The notes under the pieces: generated by a model
What the model saw: only the letters and a program-made list of their open reading frames with translations
The model's database searches: none
Told to the model about the DNA's origin: nothing
Shown here: piece by piece, positions 38,151-48,600 of the stretch
How positions within the stretch are numbered: position 1 is the stretch's first letter
How the letters are laid out: each line of letters starts with the position of its first letter
Position numbers and translations under genes: made by a program
IMG/VR virus record: IMGVR_UViG_3300032116_000119
Length of the DNA stretch: 64,000 nucleotides
From: an uncultured virus (IMG/VR IMGVR_UViG_3300032116_000119)
Lineage: Duplodnaviria; Heunggongvirae; Uroviricota; Caudoviricetes
Reading direction: 5' to 3' (one strand)

Positions 38151-39032
38151 ATGGAGATACTGAGAGTTCCGCCATACGCAGAAATACCAGTTATTTATAC
38201 TGTTCCTTCAGGCATTGCCGATAAGGACGTAACTGTTTTAGTAACTGATATGGCGGACCTTTCTGTATCTACACTAGAATTTCCAGAACTTTCTACAGGG
38301 GACACTCTAACTATAAACCTTCCTGGAAGGTATGACTCTGAGTATAGGGTAGAAGTAAAAATTATAGACGATGTTATTATTGACGATACATATGAGGTAA
38401 CTAGACCGTATGTGGATCCGTCCACAAAGGGAAACACTGCTTCTGACATTGCTGCATATGCAGATAGTGAAGGTATAGCAAGAGCAATAATTGATTCAAT
38501 TGTTGGAGAAGGTTTTTATTATAAGAAAAAGGTTTTAAATTTTACAGGAACTGGATCAGACTATTTGCCTATCTGGGATGATGTAAAAAAAGTTTTGTCG
38601 GTTTATGAAAATAACAAATTGGTAACAGATAGAGAATATGAAGTAACATCTGATAAAACAGCAATTGTTGAAAAGTCAACAGACAATATTAATCGTGCAG
38701 AGTCAGCCCCACTTGTTCTGCCAGCAGCGTCTTCGGATTCTTTAGATCCACAATTTATTTACAGAGGATTTGGCAAAACATGGGACTACAGAATAACAGT
38801 TGAGTACGGTTACTCCAATGTTCCATCAGATATTGTAAAAGCAACTGAGATGCTTGTTCACGATATAGACTGTGGAAAGTTAGATTATTATAAGAGATTT
38901 ATTTCTTCGTACAATACAGATCAATATAGAATTCAGTTTGACAAAGGTCTTTTCGAGGGAACGGGAAATATACTTGTAGACAAGATACTTTCAAAGTATA
39001 CTAAGTCTATTACAAAACTTGGGGTGTTGTAA
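38151..39032 (+). CDS. Head-tail adaptor protein
   Basis: Position; YRITVEYGYSNVPSDIVKAT...TGNILVDKILSKY. Confidence 0.7.
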   Translation: MEILRVPPYAEIPVIYTVPSGIADKDVTVLVTDMADLSVSTLEFPELSTGDTLTINLPGRYDSEYRVEVKIIDDVIIDDTYEVTRPYVDPSTKGNTASDIAAYADSEGIARAIIDSIVGEGFYYKKKVLNFTGTGSDYLPIWDDVKKVLSVYENNKLVTDREYEVTSDKTAIVEKSTDNINRAESAPLVLPAASSDSLDPQFIYRGFGKTWDYRITVEYGYSNVPSDIVKATEMLVHDIDCGKLDYYKRFISSYNTDQYRIQFDKGLFEGTGNILVDKILSKYTKSITKLGVL

Positions 39033-39481
39033 TGACAATATGCGAAACCCCAGACTTCATGTTTCCAATGCAAGCATCTTTGTATCATCCAATAGTTGAG
39101 CAAGGTGACTTTGGTGCAATAAAAAAGCAATGGGTTTTAGATAGGGTTATTGCATGTAACTTTAGTTCTGGTGGAACTGCTTTTAAAGAAGAAGTTAAGC
39201 CAAATGTTAATATAACCCAACATTCAATTTTAATTGGAAGAGTAAAATCAGACATAAGGATGTCATCCAGAGATGCTAAAAATTCTTTAACAAACATACT
39301 AATAACAGATATTAAAGATCAAGAGGGCAACCTGATCTACTTAGAAACATCTGGGCCGAGATCTGGCAAAGGAACACTGTTTGAGATAGCAACATATGAA
39401 CCATTTGTTGGACCATTCGGAACAGTTGAATCTTACAAGTTAGTTATAAGAAGATCAGAAAATCAAACAGGTGATGTATGA
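39032..39481 (+). CDS. Head closure (stopper) protein, putative
   Basis: Synteny and size. Confidence 0.55.
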   Translation: MTICETPDFMFPMQASLYHPIVEQGDFGAIKKQWVLDRVIACNFSSGGTAFKEEVKPNVNITQHSILIGRVKSDIRMSSRDAKNSLTNILITDIKDQEGNLIYLETSGPRSGKGTLFEIATYEPFVGPFGTVESYKLVIRRSENQTGDV

Positions 39482-40155
39482 GAGCCGTATTTAATTCAGC
39501 GCAATTTAAAAAAGAAATGAACAATATAGTAGATTATTCTGTGGGATTTTTAGAGGGCATACAAAGAGGTAAGACAGTATTTCTAAAAACAATAGGAGTA
39601 GAAACAGTAGAACTTATGAAAGAGTTTATAGATTCTAACGCTAGGGTTAATCCAGATATGCTTCATCATGTGTATGAGTGGAATCAAACTGGTAGTCCTG
39701 GTGCAAGATTATATGATATATCATATACGACCAGTAATCTAGGTTTGTCATTTAGGTCTTCATTTCGTCAGTCTACTTCAATCAAGAACGGATCTAGAAC
39801 TCCATTCTACGATAAAGCAAGAATCATGGAAGAAGGCATTCCAGTTATAATTAGACCAAGAGTGGCACAAGCCTTGGCATTTGAAGATAACGGAGAAACA
39901 GTGTTTACAAAAAATGAAGTAAGGGTAGATAATCCTGGAGGAACAGAAGTACAGGGTGGCTTTGAAAAGGTGTTTGACATGTTCTTTAGCAGATATTTTT
40001 CTCAAGCATTTTTAAGAGTAAGCGGTATTGCTAGATATCTTGAGAATCCAATAGTATATAGAAAAGATATGGCAGCAGGCAAAAAACTTGGCAGGTCTAA
40101 AGGTTTATCAACAGGCTACCGTTGGATTGCTAACGCAGGAGTTGGTATTCAGTGA
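39478..40155 (+). CDS. Neck/tail completion protein, putative
   Basis: Synteny; IRPR.AQALAF...V.NPG motif. Confidence 0.55.
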   Translation: MRAVFNSAQFKKEMNNIVDYSVGFLEGIQRGKTVFLKTIGVETVELMKEFIDSNARVNPDMLHHVYEWNQTGSPGARLYDISYTTSNLGLSFRSSFRQSTSIKNGSRTPFYDKARIMEEGIPVIIRPRVAQALAFEDNGETVFTKNEVRVDNPGGTEVQGGFEKVFDMFFSRYFSQAFLRVSGIARYLENPIVYRKDMAAGKKLGRSKGLSTGYRWIANAGVGIQ

Positions 40156-40748
40156 GTGTAGTTATTGATCATCCGCCATCATTTATAAATGCGTTTTTAC
40201 AACAAAAACTTGGACCAGACTTTGGGGCAATCCCTATGTTCCCAACAGTTCCAACAGATATGGCTGGATTGGCTCAAGAGTTTTCCATAAACAATCTAAC
40301 AGAAGGAACTCCTGGAGTATTTGTGTTTAATGGTAATGCTGCAATATATGATAGAATGTTTAAAATGAGAAGAATGCCATTTCCACATATCAAGTGTGAG
40401 CAATTACTTTATTATTTTAATGCTTTAGAAGAAAATGCTGTTCCAAATTTAATTAGAATAACTCAAAAGATTCAAGACCTTTTAGATCGTGGCGATGAGT
40501 CAGCAGAAGACATCAATGAATGGATATTATCAAACCTATCCATAGAAACAGAGCCAGTTACTTTGCGACCAAAAGCCACAATCCCTGGACACGGAACATT
40601 CTATGTGCCATATTTCCATAACTTTAAAATATACCAGTTGGAAGAAACAAGAGATATTATTGATTTTGGCACAGCCCGCACCTATGCGGGGAATAAGATG
40701 ATCATAGACTATGACTGGCATGCTGTATACCCAGACCTAATACCCTAA
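40152..40748 (+). CDS. Tail terminator protein, putative
   Basis: Synteny, immediately before the tail tube gene. Confidence 0.5.
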   Translation: MSVVIDHPPSFINAFLQQKLGPDFGAIPMFPTVPTDMAGLAQEFSINNLTEGTPGVFVFNGNAAIYDRMFKMRRMPFPHIKCEQLLYYFNALEENAVPNLIRITQKIQDLLDRGDESAEDINEWILSNLSIETEPVTLRPKATIPGHGTFYVPYFHNFKIYQLEETRDIIDFGTARTYAGNKMIIDYDWHAVYPDLIP

Positions 40749-40816
40749 TAAAAAGGCTGTATAATTATGGTGAGGAAACAAACCCCCTTTTAATAAAATG
40801 AAAGAGGTGAGAATAT

Positions 40817-41479
40817 ATGGCATACAGCCGTGGTTCAAGTAGTAACATCATCGTGGGTGCAGCAGCACTCTTTACGCATGATGCAGGTCCAATCGGATAC
40901 GACTCAGCAACTGGAAAGATTACTGACGCACAAGCGTTACTAGATCTTCCAGCAATGACCGCATCTTCAACATCCTACAAGGAAACCTTGTCAGATTCCG
41001 TAACAGGTGACGGGTACACAAACGTAGGATACACATCGAACGGTCTGGAACTCGCATTCCAGCCAGATTTCGGTGAAGTAGCAGTAGATCAACTTCTCGA
41101 CGTTGCTCGTCTATTCAAGCAAGGTATGACAGTTAATCTAAACACATCATTCGCAGAAGCAACACTAGAAAATCTTCTAGTTGCAATTGCAGCCGATGAT
41201 ACAGACCTCACAACAGCATCAGGAGTTTCAACACTCAAGATGTCTGCTGGAGATATTGGTGACGTTCCACTAGAGCGTGGACTAGTAGCAGTAGGACCAG
41301 GATCTGGTTCTTCTCTAGAGCCAAAGGAAAGAATCTATGTTGCATACCGTGCACTCTCAATTGAGAATGTTACAGTATCAGCAAAGCGTGATGAGGCTTC
41401 AATGTTTGAAGTATCATTCCGTCTTCTTCCAAACGATAACGCATCATACGGTAAAATCGTAGATCGTTCACTCGATTAA
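40817..41479 (+). CDS. Major tail tube protein
   Basis: NIIVGAA...VGYTSNGLEL...VDQ...TSFAEATLENL; GAGGTGA SD; terminator follows. Confidence 0.82.
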   Translation: MAYSRGSSSNIIVGAAALFTHDAGPIGYDSATGKITDAQALLDLPAMTASSTSYKETLSDSVTGDGYTNVGYTSNGLELAFQPDFGEVAVDQLLDVARLFKQGMTVNLNTSFAEATLENLLVAIAADDTDLTTASGVSTLKMSAGDIGDVPLERGLVAVGPGSGSSLEPKERIYVAYRALSIENVTVSAKRDEASMFEVSFRLLPNDNASYGKIVDRSLD

Positions 41480-41496
41480 TACAACTTAATAGGACT

Positions 41497-41525
41497 AGCC
41501 CAGACCCTTGAAAGTCTGGGCTTTT
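41497..41525 (+). terminator. Rho-independent terminator
   Basis: AGCCCAGAC-CCTTGAAA-GTCTGGGCT-TTT. Confidence 0.8.
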
Positions 41526-41545
41526 CCATTTGGTATACTTGTATA

Positions 41546-42226
41546 ATGGCAACAAGCGTATATGAAAAAAAGAACTTTTCTCTTATAGATGGAACAGTCA
41601 TTGAGGCTGCCCCACTTAAAATAAAATATCTAAGAGAATTTTTAACAAAATTTGAAACAATAAAGTCTGCCAAAACAGATGATGAATCAATATCTATTCT
41701 AGTGGTTTGTGCTCTTATAACAATGAAACAATATGCACCACATATAAAAACAATTGAAGACCTTGAAGACAATTTAGATTTGCCAACAATTTATCAAGTT
41801 ATAGATATTGCAGCAGGTATTAAAATTAATCAAAAATCAGAAGAGCCAGTAAAGTCTCAAGCAGTAGATAGTGGGTCTTCGTGGGAGACATTAGACTTGG
41901 CAAAACTAGAAGCAGAGGCTTTTCTTATCGGTATTTGGAAAGACTATGAAGAACTTGAAGAATCTTTATCAATGCCAGAATTGACAGCAACTATTAAAGT
42001 TAAAAGAGACTTAGACTATAGCGATAAAAAGTTTGCTGCTGCAATGCAAGGTGTTGATTTAGATAAAAATTCAGGCAACAGCAATGCTTGGGAAGACATG
42101 AAGGCTAGAGTGTTTAGTAAAGGCAAGGCAGAAAATGGAAATGATATTCTTGCCCTGCAGGGTAAAAACGCAGAACGGGCTGGATTTGGTATTGGCATGG
42201 GTCTTGATTATGAGGTTTACGAATAG
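41546..42226 (+). CDS. Tail assembly chaperone, long (GT-like) form
   Basis: Between tube and tape measure genes; N-terminal half paralogous to 42283..42606. Confidence 0.65.
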   Translation: MATSVYEKKNFSLIDGTVIEAAPLKIKYLREFLTKFETIKSAKTDDESISILVVCALITMKQYAPHIKTIEDLEDNLDLPTIYQVIDIAAGIKINQKSEEPVKSQAVDSGSSWETLDLAKLEAEAFLIGIWKDYEELEESLSMPELTATIKVKRDLDYSDKKFAAAMQGVDLDKNSGNSNAWEDMKARVFSKGKAENGNDILALQGKNAERAGFGIGMGLDYEVYE

Positions 42227-42282
42227 TCAAAAATAACACTCCGCTATGGTATAATTAACTTTAACCTTATAAGGAGGAATAA

Positions 42283-42606
42283 ATGGCAACTGCCACAGAA
42301 GAAAAAACAGTAACTCTCATCGATGGAACAAAGATCAAGGTAAGACCACTAAAGATCTCGCTACTTCGTCCGTTTATGAAGAAGTTTGAAGATATCGCCA
42401 AGGTCGCAGAAGACAATGAAAAATCCATGACTTTGCTCATGGAGTGTGTACAAATCGCAATGCAGCAATACAAGCCAGAATTGGCGGAAGATAAGGAAGC
42501 CCTAGAAGAAAATATAGATCTTCCTACAGTATATAAGATCGTTGAAGAGGCATCTGGAATTAGACTTTCAGACGCTACACTCTTAGGCAATCTTGTAAAT
42601 AATTAA
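42283..42606 (+). CDS. Tail assembly chaperone, short (G-like) form
   Basis: AAGGAGG SD, own promoter at 42247-42255, directly before the tape measure gene. Confidence 0.7.
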   Translation: MATATEEKTVTLIDGTKIKVRPLKISLLRPFMKKFEDIAKVAEDNEKSMTLLMECVQIAMQQYKPELAEDKEALEENIDLPTVYKIVEEASGIRLSDATLLGNLVNN

Positions 42607-42624
42607 ATAAAGAGGTGTTAATGG

Positions 42625-45600
42625 ATGGCTGATGTTCAATCCAATATTCATGTAAATATTGATACGTCAGATGCTTTAGCAAGTTTAAAACTGCTGCAGC
42701 GTCAGATATCAGCCTTCCATACACAGATGTCAAAGTCTGGCGCAGCAGCGTCAGCGGTAGCAGCAAATCAAGCACAGAACTTGATGAACAGCATAAATGC
42801 TACTGGCAAGTTCCAAGCAACCATGAGAACGGTTGCAACAAGTACAGAGTACTTTACTAATGCGCTAGAGAAAAATAAACTAACATCCAGAGAATACTTT
42901 AGGTATACTGGAGCAGCAACCAAAACATTCGGAAGACTTTTTAAGTCTGAATTTGAAACAATAAATAAGGTTGCACGAGAGCGTGTAAAAGATATACAGA
43001 CCCAGTATATCAAGATGGGTCGTGGTGCCAATGGAGCACTTCAGGCAATTGCTGTAAGACCTCTAACGCTAGATATGAAGAATCTAGCAACACAAACACA
43101 AATAGCAGCACAGCGTCAACAACTTTTAAATCAACTACTTAAGCAAGGTTCAACTAACCTTCTAAACTTTGGTAAGAATACTCAATGGGCTGGCCGCCAG
43201 TTAATGGTTGGTTTTACGGTTCCACTCATGCTCCTTGGGTCTACCGCTGCAAAAACCTTCATGAAACTTGAAGAGCAGGCAATTAGATTTAAGCGTGTTT
43301 ATGGTGAAATGTTTACCACTCAAGAAGAAACAGATGCAATGGTCAAACAGATACAAACGCTTGCAAAAGAATACACAAAGTATGGCGTTGCTGTTGAGAA
43401 GACAATGGAAATGGCTGCTAACGCTGCAGCAATGGGTAAGATGGGCGTAGAACTTACTGCACAAGTTACAGAAGCGACAAGGCTTGCCGTACTTGGCGGA
43501 GTTGAACAAGAGCAAGCATTAGAAACAACAATATCTGTTACAAATGCATTTGGTGTAGCAGCAGAAGACTTGGCAAAGAAGATTGACTTCCTTAACGCAG
43601 TTGAAAACCAAACTGTTGTATCTATTGAAGATTTAACAATTGCAATTCCAAAAGCAGGACCAGTTGTTCAGCAACTTGGCGGAGATGTTGAGGACTTAGC
43701 GTTCTTCCTAACTGCCATGAAAGAAGGCGGTATCAATGCATCAGAAGGTGCCAACGCACTTAAGTCTGGTTTAGCATCTTTAATTAACCCATCTGAAAAA
43801 GCATCAAAGATGCTTGGTGGTCTTGGTATAAATATCAAGGGTATTGTAGAAGCAAACAAGGGAGATGTGGCAGCAACCGTAGTAGGATTTGCACAAGCAT
43901 TAGATACACTGGATCCACTTAATCGTGCTCGTGCAATTGAGCAATTATTTGGAAAATTCCAGTTTTCAAGACTCTCAACACTGTTTCAAAATGTAACCGC
44001 ACAAGGATCTCAGGCAGCCAGAGTCCTTGGTTTGACAAGAGCAACAACAGAAGAGTTAGCAATATTGTCACAACGAGAATTAGATAAAATAGAAGATACC
44101 ACAACATATAAATTTAAAAAAGCAATTGAGGATTTAAAGGTAACTCTTGCTCCAGTGGGAGAGCAGTTCTTAAAGGCTCTTACCCCAATTGTTGAATTTG
44201 CGTCTAAAATTTTAGATAAATTTAATAACTTGGGAGAGGGAAGCAAAAAGTTTTTAACTATTCTCACTGTGGCGCTAGGAGCGGTTGGACCTATTGCTCT
44301 TATGACCTTCGGCTTGCTTGCTAATGGTCTTGCAAACATAATTAAATTGTTTGCAACAATGAAAACTTCGTTTAATCGTGCTGGATCATCAACGCAAATA
44401 CTTGGTAATCAAACAGATTATTTAACTCAGCAACAACTTGAGGCATCTGCAGTAGCAGCATCATTAGATCAAGTTCATCAAAAACTTAGACAAACTTTTA
44501 CTTCTGAGACTTCAGCAGTTAATGCCCTTGCAGCGGCATATCAAAGAGCAATTGCCTCACAACTAGGATTCACTGGTCCAGTTGGCAGAGGTGGAAAAGG
44601 CGGTGGTATTCCGCAAAGCAGAAGATATTCAACAGGTGTTGACAGAGTTCCAGGACCGATGGGAGCAGGCGACATTGTTCCAGCATTACTTTCTCCTGGC
44701 GAAGCAGTTATTCCTGCACAAGCAGCGCAAGATCCAGCAAATAGACCAGTAATTACTTCTTTGATCAATGATGGAACGGCTGTTCCTAAAACTAAAAAGA
44801 AAAGAACTAAACCAGATACAGTTTTTGCACATGCAACCAAACCACAGCAAATGCAAACAAGAAATATTTCTGATCAGTTTGGAGATATACGAACCAATCT
44901 TGGAGCAAGAGGAATTGAAAGAGCATTAGGATATCGTGGACTTGGGTTTGATATTCCAGAAGAAGTTCACAAGAAACTTACAAACAATACTTTAGATGTA
45001 AGAGAATACGAGGCAGAAATAAGAAAGGCTCGTGCTGTAGAAACAATGACTTCTCAGTTAATGAAGCCACCTTCTAATTTAACCGCAGACGAGGCTTCAA
45101 GAGTAACAAACAAGATTCGTAAAAACTTAATATTATCTTTGCAAAACCTTCCAGATGGAACAAAAATAGGTGACAGAGTAATATACTCACGAATGGGTAA
45201 TCTTAAAACAGGAGTAATGGGGGGTCTTGCAAGAGACCCAAGAATTGCACCAGCAATTGAAAAGATATTCTCTGTTGCTGGCATCGGCGCTGCATCTGCT
45301 TCAACTATAAAGTATGACGCAAAGAAAATGGCTGTTGAAGATCTTATCAAAAATATAAGAACTTATGCTCCAAACACTAACCCATCTGTTGTTTCTGCAA
45401 TAGAGGATCTTGCTAAAAAAGCCCCAGGAATAATGCTTGATGTTAAGCGAGATGGTGACAAGGTTGTTGCATACGAAAGACCAGAAGTTAGTGGAAAGAA
45501 GAAGTCTAAAAATCCAAATGACTGGACATTAACAGATAAAAGAAATAATGGTTCTTTAGTACAGGATAAAAACGGAAACTGGGTATTTAAAACTGGAAGA

Positions 45601-48600
45601 TCTGGTGGAGACACTGGTGCAGTAAAGATTGGCGGTACTGCAGGGAAAAAACTTCTTGAAAAAGCAAGAGCAGCACTACAAGGCTTAACCGCAGAAGACA
45701 TTGATGGCAGACCAATTACCACATATGGCAAGCAACTTGAAAAGGGTACTGGATACAGCAATGTTGCTGCTCGTGATGCCTCTGGAGTGTTCCTAACAGA
45801 AGACGGCAAAAAAGTTTATGTAAAGCCAATGCCTGATTTGCGAGCAGCGCTTGCAGAGCAAAGAGCAACAATAATAGCAAGAGATGTTCATGGGCTTGAG
45901 GCTCCAAAGCAAGAACTTAGAGTTATTAAGGATCCATACACTGGAAAAACAATGTTTGCTCTTGAGTCTGCCTATGATCCAAAGTTTACTCCAAAAGAAT
46001 TGTCAGGCAATTTTAGCAGGGAACAATATTTTAGACAACTAGTTGCAGCAAATCTTCGTGGTGATGACGACCTAAAGAAAGGAAACTTAGGCGGAAATAG
46101 GTTGGTAGATGTTGGCAAGGCTGGTGTACTAGATAGAGCATCTGGAGCAAGAGGTTATGCAGAAAGAATGCCGTCAATGCTTGAAATGGCAGAAAAGAAT
46201 TTAAGCGGAGTTAAGGGTCCAGCAGCAGGTAAATCGCCATTTTGGTTTGGAAATGCAACGGCAGACATTGCAAAGAATATGACTCCTGATGAATACCACA
46301 AAGCAATGATTGCTGAAATTGATAGAACATTGCCAAAACTAAAAGAAACAATAGCAAAATTTAATCTTGGACCAGAAGATCAAAAATACTATCAGGCAAT
46401 GATAGACAGGCTTGAAGAAGGCAAAAAGGTTAACTGGAGACTCGTACACGCAAAGCATAATGCTATTCTAGTAAAGCCAGATGAATTAGTTGAAGATGAA
46501 GATGGAAAAACAGAAAAGCCAAAAACAAGAAGAAAAACTAGAGGCGTTAAGTCAGGTAGTCCAAAAGATACAAGAGAAATGAATAAGCCCAAAAAGGGCA
46601 AGAGAATCGTCCAAGGTCCTAGAGGTGTAAGGGTTCCTGGTTTTGCAGATGCTCCAGAATCAAGCAGCGCAATAGGTTCATCAATAGTTGCTGGAGCAAG
46701 ATCTTCTATAGCAGAGGCTAAGTCAACAGGACAAAAGATTGGTCTAACTATTTCACAGTCTGCTGCAGCAGCGTCTAGAACTGCTCTATACGGAACAGGA
46801 CCAGTAGACGCTAATCAAAAATCTATGCGTCGTAAATTAGAAAAATTAGAAAGAGATAACAAGAGACTGAGTAAGATAGCAGCACAGGCTCCAGTTCCTC
46901 AGCCAGTGGTTGCTGCAAACATGGCACAAGATGGACAAAGAATGACACCATCTGGAAAACTTAAGTCCTATATTCAAAAGCGAGAAGACAAGAGGGCTGC
47001 AAGGGTGGCAGCAGGTAAAGGGCCAGGAATGGGCGTTGGTGGCGCAGCAATGGCTGCTTCTGGTATTGCAATGCTGGGATCAATGGCTCCAGGAAAAGTT
47101 GGAGAGATATCTCAAAAAATAATGATGCCTTTGATGGGCTTGTCTATGATTCTGCCCATGCTAAAGAGTCCAGTTATGGCAGTGGTTGCAGGACTAACAG
47201 CAACAGTTGGTGCATTTATTGCATTGAGAATGGCATTTAATAATGCTCAAGAAAAGGTCTTACAAGAAGCAGAAAAGTTTAGAGGATCGTCTTCTGCTAT
47301 TCAGAGTATAGCAAAGTTTGGCGGTAAGGTAACTGCATCAGAGCAGATGGACTTAAGAAGAAAAAATTCATTCTCAATGCTTGGACCAGCAACAGGAAAG
47401 ACAACATATGGAGAAGCATTTGTGCAAACAAAAGAGGGCAAGGCTCTAACTGAAAATTTAGCAAAACAGAATGCTGCAGGCAAGGGGGGGCAGGCAGTTT
47501 CTGATTTAACTAGCCAACTTTCAACTGCAGTAATGTCTGGAGCAATGGATATTAATCAAGCAAAGAGTCTTGCAATGAATGCTGCTAAAGAAGCGGGCGA
47601 TGTGTCTATAGGTCTCAAGGTTATTGCACAGATGGAAAAGGTCCTTGGACCAAACGGAGAAGATTTAGATAAAAATCCTCTTGAGGTTAGAACAAGAATG
47701 ATTGCCGAAAATCAAAAGAGAATGCAGTCAAACATGTCAAATATTGAAAATGCTGGCATGATTAATAAACTTGCTGGACAAAAGACTATGCAAAAGGTTG
47801 GCATAGGTGCAACCGCTGCTGGTGGTGCAGCATTAGGAGCACTTACAGGAATGAAGATTGGAACTCTTCTTGGTACAGTTGTCCCTGGTGTTGGAAATGT
47901 TGTTGGTGCAATTGTTGGTGGAGGAATTGGAGCAGCAGCAGGAGCAATCGGCGGATATTTTGCCTCAAAGAAATTTACTCAACAATCTGCACAACTTGGA
48001 GCGGCATATGCAGTAGATGCTAAAATTGCAATGGAGCAAAATAAGCAAATGCTAGATTCATTTGATCTATACTATCAAAAGAAAATTGAAGAACTTAGAC
48101 TTCAAGGCAAAATTAATGAAGCAAATGATATGCAAAATAGGTATATCGAAGAAAGAGATAAACTAACGGCAACACAGGCAGCCTTGCAAGAAGATATAGT
48201 TAAACAATACAATAGTGCTGGCGGTATGCAAGAGTCAATGATGAGTGGTATGAAAAAGGCTGCCAAAGCCAGATACAAAGATAATCCAAATGAGATTGCC
48301 TACATGGACGTTGTTGGTGCACAGGCTGGAGAACTTCGTAAGTCTGGTGCCATTGATAAAGGTCAAGAATTTTTGATTCAAGCAAAAATGGCAAGTGGTG
48401 ACATTCCTCCATCAGTCTTTAGACAACTTCTTCAGATGGCAACAGATAATAAAGACATTGCTCCAAAAATGATGAATATTATTACAAAGTTTAGTGGCGC
48501 AACTTCAGAATCAATCGGTGTTGCTGCTCAAAATATTCTTAATGCTAAAGGTGATATTGACAAAACTGTTCAAGCAAAATTTATTACTAAGGTTTCAGCA

